Shown here: positions 19,284 through 28,004 of the stretch, one piece after another
Layout: each line of letters opens with the position of its first letter
How positions within the stretch are numbered: position 1 is the stretch's first letter
Virus record (IMG/VR): IMGVR_UViG_3300025012_000003
Source: a virus
Direction: 5' to 3' (one strand)
DNA: 64,000 nucleotides
The notes under the pieces: model-generated
Seen by the model: only the letters and a program-made list of their open reading frames with translations
What the model was told of the DNA's origin: nothing
Database searches by the model: none
Program-made: the position numbers and the translations under genes

Positions 19284-21341
19284 TTATCCTAGTAAGTTCT
19301 GAGCTAAATTTAAATCGAATCCAGTTCTTGTAATAACAACTGAAAGAGTAATAAACTCTGCGGTTTTAGTTGGTTGTACAAATAACCACACATTCATTAT
19401 ATTGTTATCTATATCGACTGGAGTGTTGTTTGTCTCATCACAAACAACTTTATAATCGTAGACACCTTTTCTGGATTTTATGTTATCCATGTAAGATTCC
19501 ATACCAGTTCTTATTAACAATCTTGTAAAATCATCGTTAAATTCAAATAGATAATCTTCTAAGAAAGCTGCTAAAGCTGGTTCTATAGTAATTAAAAGTA
19601 ATCTTACATTTAACCTGTCTAATGCGGAAGGTCTAGCAGATAAAGTTTTCTGACCCCAGATAGCTATCCCTTTTCCAACAGAAAATTTAATAGGGTTAAT
19701 TCCTGAATCATAAAGTAAATCCAGTTCCCCTTCAGTAAATCTTCTTTTAGTATCAAGTACGTTAATCATACCTCTTTTAAAACCTGCTGGAGCAAACCAT
19801 ATTTCATAATTAGAAGAAGTATCTGAAATAGCTGCTGCTGCATACCCATCAGGTGCTACAAATATATCCCTGTCATTAAACCTATCTCTTATTTTAACGT
19901 GAGGTGTATATAGAGCAGAGTATGAGGAATTAAGATTAAGAGTAGTTTTTCTATAAGCTACTATATCTGTCATATAACTACTTGAATCTTCAGTATAGTA
20001 TGGAGTAGATAGGATACCGACACAATCTTTTCTACTTTGGCACAGGCTATCTATGGCTTGTTGATATGCTATTGTAGCCCATCCCCCATCCATTATTACT
20101 GTTAAAGGTATTTCTGCTTTATTGTTTAATGTGTTAAGAGCATTAATCATATTAGTATCGGTAACTGATAATCCATCTAATGCTCCCGCTAATGTTAAAA
20201 AGGTAGTTTGTTCTTTTATTGTTTCTGTACTAGCATGAGAAGTATTATCTATTGCTCTAATGTAACTGGAACCTAATAAAACGTCTTCTATGTAAATGTT
20301 TTTACCATATCCATCTTTAGCATTTACATCTCTTGAACAAGTAAACACTTCCAGTGTTTCACCAGTAGATTGTTTATAAACTTGAATCTGAAACGCATTT
20401 GGTTCTTTTACTACGTCTGGACTATTGACATAAGTAAATAATTTAACTTCAATATCATTAGCCCAAGAACCTTGATTAGCCCCTGTTATAAGGAATAAGT
20501 CATCAGATTGGAATTCGTAAGTTTGTGGATTTACTAAACTGTTTCTAAATATAGTACCATCTGCTATGTTACTAGCCAATGTTTCAGATACTATTACTTC
20601 AGTATTTCCCGATACTAGAGTAGCACTAACTACAGTATAAACTCCATCGTTACCAGTAGAACCTTGAACTCTTACTTTATCTCCTACATGGCAAAAGGCT
20701 GTTAAATCTCCAGCTAGTGTGAATTTTTTATTTGGTTGGTCTACCGCTGTAATAGCTCCTATTTCTACTGAAGTTAATTGGATATTGGTATTAACAGTAG
20801 ATACTTCTTTATAAATACTACCATCTACTGTAGCATCTGGAACAACTTCAGATACTATTACTTCAGTATTTCCCGATACTAGAGTAGCACTAACTACAGT
20901 ATAAACTCCATCGTTACCAGTAGAACCTTGGATATTTATAGAAGTAACACCTGTGAAAGAAGCTGTTAAATCTCCAGCTAGTGTGAATTTTTTATTTGGT
21001 TGGTCTACCGCTGTGATAGCTCCTATTAAAGTATTTACCAATATAGGAGTTTTTCTTACAACTAAACCACCATAAGTAGAACCATTATCGGCTCTGACAA
21101 CCCACAATCTGTTAGCTTTAGATAAATAAGCTAAAGCTGAGTAAAAAGCCATGTTATAACCAACTTCTACTTTCTGATTAGGTGTAAAATAATTTAATAA
21201 ATCAGTATCAGAAGTTACAAATATAGGCTTATTAATATCACCCTTTGGTGCTGGTATAGTTATAGCTGCATAGGTTCCTAAAGAACTTGGAACCCTTGTA
21301 GAGATATCAATCTCTTTTACATTTATGCGAGGTGCTGTCAT
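19284..21341 (-). CDS. Tail sheath protein (T4 gp18-like) with a tandemly duplicated inserted domain
   Basis: WFAPAGFKRG, INPI, IWGQKTL, LNVRLLL, VVCDETNNTP, PTKTAEFI motifs. Confidence 0.95.
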   Translation of the reverse strand: MTAPRINVKEIDISTRVPSSLGTYAAITIPAPKGDINKPIFVTSDTDLLNYFTPNQKVEVGYNMAFYSALAYLSKANRLWVVRADNGSTYGGLVVRKTPILVNTLIGAITAVDQPNKKFTLAGDLTASFTGVTSINIQGSTGNDGVYTVVSATLVSGNTEVIVSEVVPDATVDGSIYKEVSTVNTNIQLTSVEIGAITAVDQPNKKFTLAGDLTAFCHVGDKVRVQGSTGNDGVYTVVSATLVSGNTEVIVSETLASNIADGTIFRNSLVNPQTYEFQSDDLFLITGANQGSWANDIEVKLFTYVNSPDVVKEPNAFQIQVYKQSTGETLEVFTCSRDVNAKDGYGKNIYIEDVLLGSSYIRAIDNTSHASTETIKEQTTFLTLAGALDGLSVTDTNMINALNTLNNKAEIPLTVIMDGGWATIAYQQAIDSLCQSRKDCVGILSTPYYTEDSSSYMTDIVAYRKTTLNLNSSYSALYTPHVKIRDRFNDRDIFVAPDGYAAAAISDTSSNYEIWFAPAGFKRGMINVLDTKRRFTEGELDLLYDSGINPIKFSVGKGIAIWGQKTLSARPSALDRLNVRLLLITIEPALAAFLEDYLFEFNDDFTRLLIRTGMESYMDNIKSRKGVYDYKVVCDETNNTPVDIDNNIMNVWLFVQPTKTAEFITLSVVITRTGFDLNLAQNLLG
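20583..21027 (-). repeat. Internal duplication in the sheath gene
   Basis: 84-bp identical blocks at 20583-20666 and 20847-20930; 53-bp identical blocks at 20698-20750 and 20962-21014. Confidence 0.95.
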
Positions 21342-21362
21342 TATTAATTCTCCCGTATCAAA

Positions 21363-21524
21363 TTATATTAATTTTTGTACTTTTAATAAAGGATTAAGAG
21401 TCCCTTCTATATCGGAGATTTTCTCAACAAAGAAACTTTCTCTAGGAGATACTACTTTAGGTTCTCCCTTAAGAACTATATTTATAGGGTAATCTGCTCT
21501 GGAAACGATTTTTGCTTCAAACAT
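21363..21524 (-). CDS. Small hypothetical protein (53 aa) upstream of the sheath gene; not in the ORF track
   Basis: ATG behind an AGGAG RBS; MFEAKIVSRADYPINIVLKG...; follows a late-promoter motif. Confidence 0.7.
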   Translation of the reverse strand: MFEAKIVSRADYPINIVLKGEPKVVSPRESFFVEKISDIEGTLNPLLKVQKLI

Positions 21525-21574
21525 TTTATTATAACTCCTAATTCATACTTCAATCCTATTTATAATATAAACTA

Positions 21575-22507
21575 TCAACCATCTATATTTATTTCCTCGT
21601 AGGGTTGGTTCATAATTAAATTTCCCATATCTGGAACATTCTTTATTTTTAATGATATATGCTTTATTAATTTCGAACTCGCAATTCCAGAAGGACCTCC
21701 AGAAGCATTTTCTTTCTTTATAACAGGATATTCTAAATTAAATGAATTAACTAAGAAAGTTATTTCTCCCCTTGACTGGTCGTTATAATTTTCAAATGAA
21801 TTTGATTCTATGTCTTTTAGAAATATAGTAGCTGGAACTTCCATTATGGTATTCTGTTTAATCATTAATCCATCTGCTATAGAGGAATTTATAGACTCAT
21901 TAACTATAATCTCAGTAGTTCCAGAAACTATAATGGAACTTACCACAGTATAAGAACCGTTATTTCCAGTAGAATTTATAAGAAGAAGGGAGTTTTGAGG
22001 TTCTAAAGTAACTTCTGAATTTAAAATAAACTTTTTAAGTCCTTGATTTACTGATATTACTGTATCTAAATCTAAATAATCTGTGGGTATCTGATAAATA
22101 GTTTGATAATGTTTAGTCCTATCATAAGCCATTAAAAAGTATTCTTCAAATTCCATTAAGTACGTAGGGTCATTGGATATCCAACAAATATTTGTTTGAG
22201 CCTGTACATTTTTAACAGTATATAAATCCGCTGATAAAGCTCCTACATTTCTATGAGAAGCTTTAAGTTGTCTAGGTTGCGTGGGAACTGCATTTAATAC
22301 TCCCCTATTATACATAGCAAATATAAAAGGCTGTTCTCTATCTTCGTATACAAACTGAGAAAGTCTCTTATATACTTTATCCTCAAAGCTAAAATTCATA
22401 TTATAAAAATGAGATTTATTACCTATATCTGGAAACTCCAAAAAGTTAAAGCCAGAGTGTGCTTTAATATCTATAAAAAATCTTTGTATAGCGAAATGGT
22501 AAAACAT
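21575..22507 (-). CDS. Tail terminator / completion protein (gp15-like) with inserted domain
   Basis: Between head-closure and sheath genes. Confidence 0.6.
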   Translation of the reverse strand: MFYHFAIQRFFIDIKAHSGFNFLEFPDIGNKSHFYNMNFSFEDKVYKRLSQFVYEDREQPFIFAMYNRGVLNAVPTQPRQLKASHRNVGALSADLYTVKNVQAQTNICWISNDPTYLMEFEEYFLMAYDRTKHYQTIYQIPTDYLDLDTVISVNQGLKKFILNSEVTLEPQNSLLLINSTGNNGSYTVVSSIIVSGTTEIIVNESINSSIADGLMIKQNTIMEVPATIFLKDIESNSFENYNDQSRGEITFLVNSFNLEYPVIKKENASGGPSGIASSKLIKHISLKIKNVPDMGNLIMNQPYEEINIDG

Positions 22508-22516
22508 ATTTTCCCT

Positions 22517-22981
22517 CTAAGTAAGTGGACGTAAGTATTGTTTAATCATGATAGTACTGTGGTCTCCCGTAATAATTCCTGTATCTGGGTCAGTAGCCAA
22601 AGCACCTGTAACTACTCTATCTATTTCTGTTTGGAAAGACATCTTAGCTCCTCCCAAAAAAGCATCTATCCTAGCTCTTGGTGGTATTCTTTTCTGTTCG
22701 TGGGTTATTATGTAAGGTCTTTCATCCCCAAAAAAACTTTCAAACTGAGTTAAATTACCTCTCATGGCATCAGGCTTAATAAAATTAACTATAAGTATCT
22801 TTCTGTTAGTATATTCTGGAGTAGCCTTGTATCTCACTTTACCAAAATCATCAAACATGTCATCTAGCTTATCTGCTAAATACACATTACATGGAAGCCC
22901 AAACAAATCTTCATATATATCTAAGATATCGGGAGTCAAATCTGTAAAAATTTGAAGTAAATCTGTAAGAATTGATGACAT
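22517..22981 (-). CDS. Neck / head closure protein (gp14-like)
   Basis: Position; LFG..C.VY pattern. Confidence 0.55.
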   Translation of the reverse strand: MSSILTDLLQIFTDLTPDILDIYEDLFGLPCNVYLADKLDDMFDDFGKVRYKATPEYTNRKILIVNFIKPDAMRGNLTQFESFFGDERPYIITHEQKRIPPRARIDAFLGGAKMSFQTEIDRVVTGALATDPDTGIITGDHSTIMIKQYLRPLT

Positions 22982-23022
22982 ATTATTCCCCTCTCAATCT
23001 AAATATAATATAAAACAAAAAT

Positions 23023-23045
23023 GGGATAGACCTTTCGGTTATCCC
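23023..23045 (-). terminator. Rho-independent terminator
   Basis: GGGATAACC-GAAA-GGTCTATCCC then ATTTTTG. Confidence 0.75.
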
Positions 23046-23070
23046 TTAGTAATTATAATATAAAAATGAA

Positions 23071-23649
23071 TTATTCTCGTTCTTTAATAAGACTATCTAA
23101 ATTTTTATTAAAATGTGAAAGAACTTCTCTCTTATCTGATTCAGTAGCATGATGATAATCTTGTATTTTTTTCTTAATCTCCTCCTTATCTAAGTCTTTC
23201 CACCTATTAGCTATATTATGTTCTATATTTTTTATAGTTCCCCTATAGCTTGTATCGGGTCCTCCTCCGAAGTCCCCAATACCCTCATGTTTCTTTTTCT
23301 TCTTAGAAGATTTCATTTTCTTAGAAGCCCCAGCACCCGCTAGATTATAATTTTGACCTCTAGCATCGACAACACTTAAAGGGAGTTTAGGGAGTGCTCC
23401 CAAGTCAGCGACAGTTCCATCTTCTTGTATTTTATTCCTTCCTATATTAAGAGCCTCTATTAAATGTTCTTTTACTTGCTTGGCTCTTTCCACTATATCG
23501 TCAGATGCTCCATAAGACATGCCCTCATCTTTTATAATGCTATCTAACGTTTCAAGAGAGTTGTGTATATCGTCAAGAGTACTTTGTAGAGTATCCTCAT
23601 ATATATCATAGTTCTCATCTATAACTTTTTTTATTCTCTTAAAAGACAT
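23071..23649 (-). CDS. Putative head-internal protein (start revised to MSFKRIKKVIDE)
   Basis: Revised ATG abuts the upstream stop; basic amphipathic leader ending I-D-E. Confidence 0.55.
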   Translation of the reverse strand: MSFKRIKKVIDENYDIYEDTLQSTLDDIHNSLETLDSIIKDEGMSYGASDDIVERAKQVKEHLIEALNIGRNKIQEDGTVADLGALPKLPLSVVDARGQNYNLAGAGASKKMKSSKKKKKHEGIGDFGGGPDTSYRGTIKNIEHNIANRWKDLDKEEIKKKIQDYHHATESDKREVLSHFNKNLDSLIKERE

Positions 23650-23650
23650 T

Positions 23651-23887
23651 TTATAACCATCCATCTTCTTCATTGTCATAATCGTCATAGCTGTTCTCTT
23701 CAGACTGTTCAAAATGGATACAACCAAAATTCATACCAACCATGTGTTCTCCTTCTTCGAGATAAACACCAGCTCCATCTACGTTTAATTCATTATACTC
23801 ATTGACATCTTCACTGGTACATTCTCCCATTAATCTGGAAGATTCATTCTCTTTATAAAATTTACACTCGTGGCAATATCCAGTCAT
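23651..23887 (-). CDS. Small Cys-rich hypothetical protein
   Basis: CxxC...C...C.H; translationally coupled. Confidence 0.6.
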   Translation of the reverse strand: MTGYCHECKFYKENESSRLMGECTSEDVNEYNELNVDGAGVYLEEGEHMVGMNFGCIHFEQSEENSYDDYDNEEDGWL

Positions 23888-25020
23888 TACTCTTCCTCTT
23901 CCCCAGAAAGTCTTTTATGTAATTGTACGTAATGGTCATAGTTATCTAAATCTGCTTTAGACACAGAACCTACTCCCATACGTTTTCCTTCTTTTTGAGC
24001 TTGCATAGCTTTTACTTTAGCTATAAATTTAGCTTTCTCTATTTGTTCTGGGGTACCCGCTCCCACGGCTCCGCCCTTTCCTCCTTGAATATCCATAGCA
24101 TGAAGTTTAGGAATATTAGCGTGTATGTTATCCATGAAACCTTCACTCTTTTCGGGTCTAAATTTTTCTTTTAACTTATCCATAAGAGCATCCGCTTTAT
24201 TTCCTATTTCGGGTTCTTCAGATTTATGCCAAACTTTAATATTGTTTAAAGCTCTAATAACTTTAGCATAACCTTTTTTCTCTACTAAATCTACGTAGTG
24301 TTTAAAAGGAATTTGCCAGAAATTTTTGTCCTCTGGAATTTCTAATAAATCACTATGTTTAACTTTAATTTTAACTTTGGCTTTTTCGTCGAGTTTTAAG
24401 GAATCAATCAATTGATTTATTCTTCCAAAATTATTACTCTCCATCTTATTTTCTCCGTTATCTTCATTATCTGTTTTATTTTTAATATCCTCTTCTCCGC
24501 CTCTATCCTCTCCAGATAATTGATTCCATTTCTTATTTACATATTCATCATCGAAAAAGGGTATCACGAATTTCACTCCTTTATAAGAAGAATAGTTTTC
24601 TTCAGCTTTATCCCTAAAAACAAAAGTTCTTCTTACTTGAGTACTATTATAATTTCCATCGTCATCTACTTCCATATAATGGAATACCATATTATCATCA
24701 ATACCGTTACCATATATGAAAGAAAGCTGTCCAAATTCTTTAGCTAATTCCTCTAACTCATCCAAAGATAGCCCAGTAACAAGATAGGAATTTTCTAAAA
24801 CCCCTTCAAAGTTTCCCTGTAAAGGAAAAACTCTAGTATTAGGATGAGTTTTAAATTTCTTTAAAAGGGTATAATTTCTTTTATTATTAATAGAATCAGG
24901 TAATCTTTTACCCATACTATTTTCCGCAGTGATAATACCGATACTTAAATTCTTTCCAGACTTTCCTCTTAGTACCTTTTCCACATCAGAAAAAATAGTT
25001 CTTTGCTCTGGGGTTAGCAT
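23887..25020 (-). CDS. DUF3293-like N-terminal domain protein with a second C-terminal domain
   Basis: GIITAEN...N..RN..L...G...ENSYLV...LA.EFGQ.SFI pattern; late-promoter motif upstream. Confidence 0.55.
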   Translation of the reverse strand: MLTPEQRTIFSDVEKVLRGKSGKNLSIGIITAENSMGKRLPDSINNKRNYTLLKKFKTHPNTRVFPLQGNFEGVLENSYLVTGLSLDELEELAKEFGQLSFIYGNGIDDNMVFHYMEVDDDGNYNSTQVRRTFVFRDKAEENYSSYKGVKFVIPFFDDEYVNKKWNQLSGEDRGGEEDIKNKTDNEDNGENKMESNNFGRINQLIDSLKLDEKAKVKIKVKHSDLLEIPEDKNFWQIPFKHYVDLVEKKGYAKVIRALNNIKVWHKSEEPEIGNKADALMDKLKEKFRPEKSEGFMDNIHANIPKLHAMDIQGGKGGAVGAGTPEQIEKAKFIAKVKAMQAQKEGKRMGVGSVSKADLDNYDHYVQLHKRLSGEEEE

Positions 25021-25062
25021 CTTTAATCTCCGAATTTAGTTTTCCTAAATATAATATAAATA

Positions 25063-25233
25063 TTACAACCTTGTTTTTCTAAACTCAAATTTCTTATCAT
25101 TTATTAATCCATATATTATAATGGATTCCTCACTACAATCACAAGAAGTTTCCTTACCTCCTAACTCTAAATCGTTAGATACTAATTTTATGTTTCCACA
25201 AGAATGACATTCTAAGATAGAATATGTATTCAT
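25063..25233 (-). CDS. Small Zn-ribbon protein (56 aa); not in the ORF track
   Basis: MNTYSILECHSCGN...SCDCSEE. Confidence 0.6.
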   Translation of the reverse strand: MNTYSILECHSCGNIKLVSNDLELGGKETSCDCSEESIIIYGLINDKKFEFRKTRL

Positions 25234-25235
25234 AA

Positions 25236-25481
25236 TTAAACTCCTAACTCATTCCACACTTGCAACACCGTATCATAGCAAACATACTCTCTTCCTATCT
25301 TATTTCCATCCTTAGTTAAATTCATAACATCTATTAAGATAGAAAAGGGCAATTGTTTTATTTGAACTTTATAAGAGAGTTGTTTTAATAATCTTATTTT
25401 ATCTTTTTTATTTAAACTTATTGACCCGTCTTTTAATATTCTCATAGTATCTCCTTTAGTTTTATAATTAAATGATAACAA
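25236..25481 (-). CDS. Hypothetical protein (likely start MRILKDG)
   Basis: AGGAG RBS precedes the internal ATG. Confidence 0.55.
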   Translation of the reverse strand: MLSFNYKTKGDTMRILKDGSISLNKKDKIRLLKQLSYKVQIKQLPFSILIDVMNLTKDGNKIGREYVCYDTVLQVWNELGV

Positions 25482-25536
25482 AAAGAAGACTATATTTCAA
25501 GTCTTCTTCTATTACTTTGTTACAATTATTTACAGA

Positions 25537-25746
25537 CTATTTTTCCTCTGTTCTCATAAATTCACAAACTTCCCAAGACATATCTTCGATACTACAAGGA
25601 GTTTTAGTTTTACTACAATTTCCATTAGTCTGTTTCTGGGGACAATGTAAAATAGTTCCTAAACTGAAACCACAAGAATCACAAACATCTTCTTTTATAT
25701 CCACTTTTCCACAACTAGGACAAAAAGCTTTTTCACAATCTGGCAT
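25537..25746 (-). CDS. Small Zn-finger protein
   Basis: CPSC...CDSC...CP...C...C...C. Confidence 0.65.
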   Translation of the reverse strand: MPDCEKAFCPSCGKVDIKEDVCDSCGFSLGTILHCPQKQTNGNCSKTKTPCSIEDMSWEVCEFMRTEEK

Positions 25747-25747
25747 A

Positions 25748-26401
25748 CTACCCTCCCATCAATACTCTATCTAAAAAATTTATTAAAGCTCTGTTCATAT
25801 TACTTATAGGTATTCTAGCACCATACTTTATCTTATTTAAGCTTAACTTACCTATTTGATAAATTATATAGTCGGTTTCTAAATCCACTACTTCTATCCA
25901 AAAATTACCTTTATGTTCGGGGCATTTTATTATAAATTGAAAATGACTGTCTTCAAAAAGTAATAATCCTTTAACTCTCATAACAGGGTATACATAACAA
26001 TTAGTTAAATCTATATTCTTAAGATTTAAATTAAAAGTATAAACAACATTCGAAAAAGAATCTGGTTTTCTTTTGATATCTAAAAATTCTATTCCTTTAA
26101 CAACTACGTTTCTCGGTTCTATTATTACTGGGGCGGGTTTAGCCTCATAAGTATCTTTTTTGTATACTTGAGTGTATATATTTCTACTATTTATTATATT
26201 TACTAATGACCTATCATATAGCATTCTCAGAGTATCGTCATAGAGATTATCGTATGCTATCTTTATCTTCTTAAAGACATCTGAGGCTTCTGGAGATTTA
26301 TTAATATCTGGATGAAATTCCACAGCCTTCTTACGATATGCTTTCTTAATATCGTTTTTAGAAGCCCTACTGTCTATCCCCAGAAGTTGATAATAGTTCA
26401 T
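25748..26401 (-). CDS. J-domain (DnaJ type III) protein
   Basis: YYQLLGI...IKKAYRKKAVEFHPDIN...AYDNL.D...R..YD. Confidence 0.92.
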   Translation of the reverse strand: MNYYQLLGIDSRASKNDIKKAYRKKAVEFHPDINKSPEASDVFKKIKIAYDNLYDDTLRMLYDRSLVNIINSRNIYTQVYKKDTYEAKPAPVIIEPRNVVVKGIEFLDIKRKPDSFSNVVYTFNLNLKNIDLTNCYVYPVMRVKGLLLFEDSHFQFIIKCPEHKGNFWIEVVDLETDYIIYQIGKLSLNKIKYGARIPISNMNRALINFLDRVLMGG

Positions 26402-26404
26402 ATA

Positions 26405-27049
26405 CTATAAGGATAATCCATTATTTTGTAACATAGATGCGAATTGTGCCAAATGTTTGCAAAGTCCCCAATATTTTCTTGGGTCTGGATTCCTTGGTGC
26501 GTGGGTCTTAGTCTTTCTAACATAAGGCTTAAACCTACCCCCAAACTGAATTTGATTAATTAAATTAGACCAACTCCAAGTAAAATAGTAATCACTACAA
26601 GAACAACGTACAAGTACAGGTTGTCTTTTCATATCAAATTTCTTTATCCGATAGAATTTATTTTGGTACTGTATTCTAAAATGAGTATTGGGGTCATAAG
26701 AAGGATTAACGTTAGTATTAACTATTGGTTTTCTATTAGGTATCTTTGGTTTTTCGGAATCAATAATAGTGGGTTCTTGAGTCTCCTCTGGTTCCTGTAC
26801 GGGCTCTTCTATTTCTTCTATTATCTCACAACCCATAAATAAAATATTAGATAAGTGAACAGATTTCTCAGTTAAGCCCCAGAATGAAGCAGATATTAAA
26901 ACTGTCTTTGTTCCGAGAAAAGGAACTATTTGATTTATTTGTCTCTTAGGAGACTGGGAATAATTACGTCTCCACACAGCGGGGTTTCCCTTAGCATCTG
27001 GGAGAGTAGTCGCATTTATCCATATTTGTTCCAAAGTAAGTCTAGCCAT
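26405..27049 (-). CDS. SWIM Zn-finger protein
   Basis: VRCSCSD...LCKHL motif. Confidence 0.75.
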   Translation of the reverse strand: MARLTLEQIWINATTLPDAKGNPAVWRRNYSQSPKRQINQIVPFLGTKTVLISASFWGLTEKSVHLSNILFMGCEIIEEIEEPVQEPEETQEPTIIDSEKPKIPNRKPIVNTNVNPSYDPNTHFRIQYQNKFYRIKKFDMKRQPVLVRCSCSDYYFTWSWSNLINQIQFGGRFKPYVRKTKTHAPRNPDPRKYWGLCKHLAQFASMLQNNGLSL

Positions 27050-27080
27050 TTAATTTTCTCCGACAACTGTAATTATTAAT

Positions 27081-27109
27081 ATTATACCATGAATTTAATT
27101 AAATATCAA
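27081..27109 (-). promoter_or_regulatory. sigma70-type promoter
   Basis: TTGATA-N17-TATAAT with TG. Confidence 0.75.
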
Positions 27110-27408
27110 TAGTCTTCTCGACTACGTATTAAATTTATAATATCTACGTTATTATTTAATAAATCCTTTTTATCTATTGAAATAGAATTTATTCTTTCTT
27201 TATTTTTAAATACATCTAATAAAAACTTATAGGGGTATTCTTTAACAATCCTTATATCATAGCCTTTACTTTTAGCTAACTCAATCTCTCTGTCCAATTC
27301 ATAATTTGGGGTAGGTTTAGAATATGTATTTAATATATCCATTTCTTCAGGACTTAAGACACTCTCTACTAATTTTAATATCTTTTTCATCATTGTTTTA
27401 ATTCCCAC
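27106..27408 (-). CDS. Putative head-internal protein
   Basis: Leader MKKILKLVE. Confidence 0.5.
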   Translation of the reverse strand: MGIKTMMKKILKLVESVLSPEEMDILNTYSKPTPNYELDREIELAKSKGYDIRIVKEYPYKFLLDVFKNKERINSISIDKKDLLNNNVDIINLIRSREDY

Positions 27409-28004
27409 AACTCACTTAAATATTCTACAACAAAACTAGCCTCGTCTTCTGTATCCATATTTTCTAACCATGCAACAGGAATAGGAAACACTCTAGGGTT
27501 TCTTTTAGTATCTAGTATAGGCTTCCTGTTGGGTAATATAAATAATTGAGCTAAATAAAAACTAGGACTTCTAAGTTTACCGTTGACTTGAACCAAGTAT
27601 CCTTTTTTATTAAAAGCAGGTAATAACAATTTATTAACCTTATCAACTACATCGTAAGTAATAGGTAATCTAGGTAACTCTCTATAATATAATTTATTTC
27701 CATAGTACCAGTTTTTTATCTCGGTTCTATCTCTTTCGTGTATCTTCTCTATGAAGGATTTAGATATTGTTTTTCCTATCATATCAGAAAAAGCACTTAC
27801 CAGAGGAATAGGAACAGCTCTTAAAAATCCAGTAGCCAAACCTCCCAGAACATCAGCTAATTCATTTCCTATAGTAGATAAAGCACTCTTACCTATATCC
27901 CCCAACAGGGAAAGAGCAGGGTTTTGTTCGTTTATTATATTACTTAATCGTATTATTTTATTTAACTTCATTACCGCTAACCTTACTATTATTAATAAAT
28001 TCAT
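27390..28004 (-). CDS. Putative head-internal protein with Gly/Ala-rich amphipathic helices (likely start 27971, MKLNKII)
   Basis: Leader KIIRLSNIINE. Confidence 0.5.
   Translation of the reverse strand: MNLLIIVRLAVMKLNKIIRLSNIINEQNPALSLLGDIGKSALSTIGNELADVLGGLATGFLRAVPIPLVSAFSDMIGKTISKSFIEKIHERDRTEIKNWYYGNKLYYRELPRLPITYDVVDKVNKLLLPAFNKKGYLVQVNGKLRSPSFYLAQLFILPNRKPILDTKRNPRVFPIPVAWLENMDTEDEASFVVEYLSELWELKQ

Noticed and set aside
23650-23727. N-terminal extension of the 218-aa ORF
   Set aside because: Overlaps the upstream 78-aa gene; the ATG at 23649 fits translational coupling.
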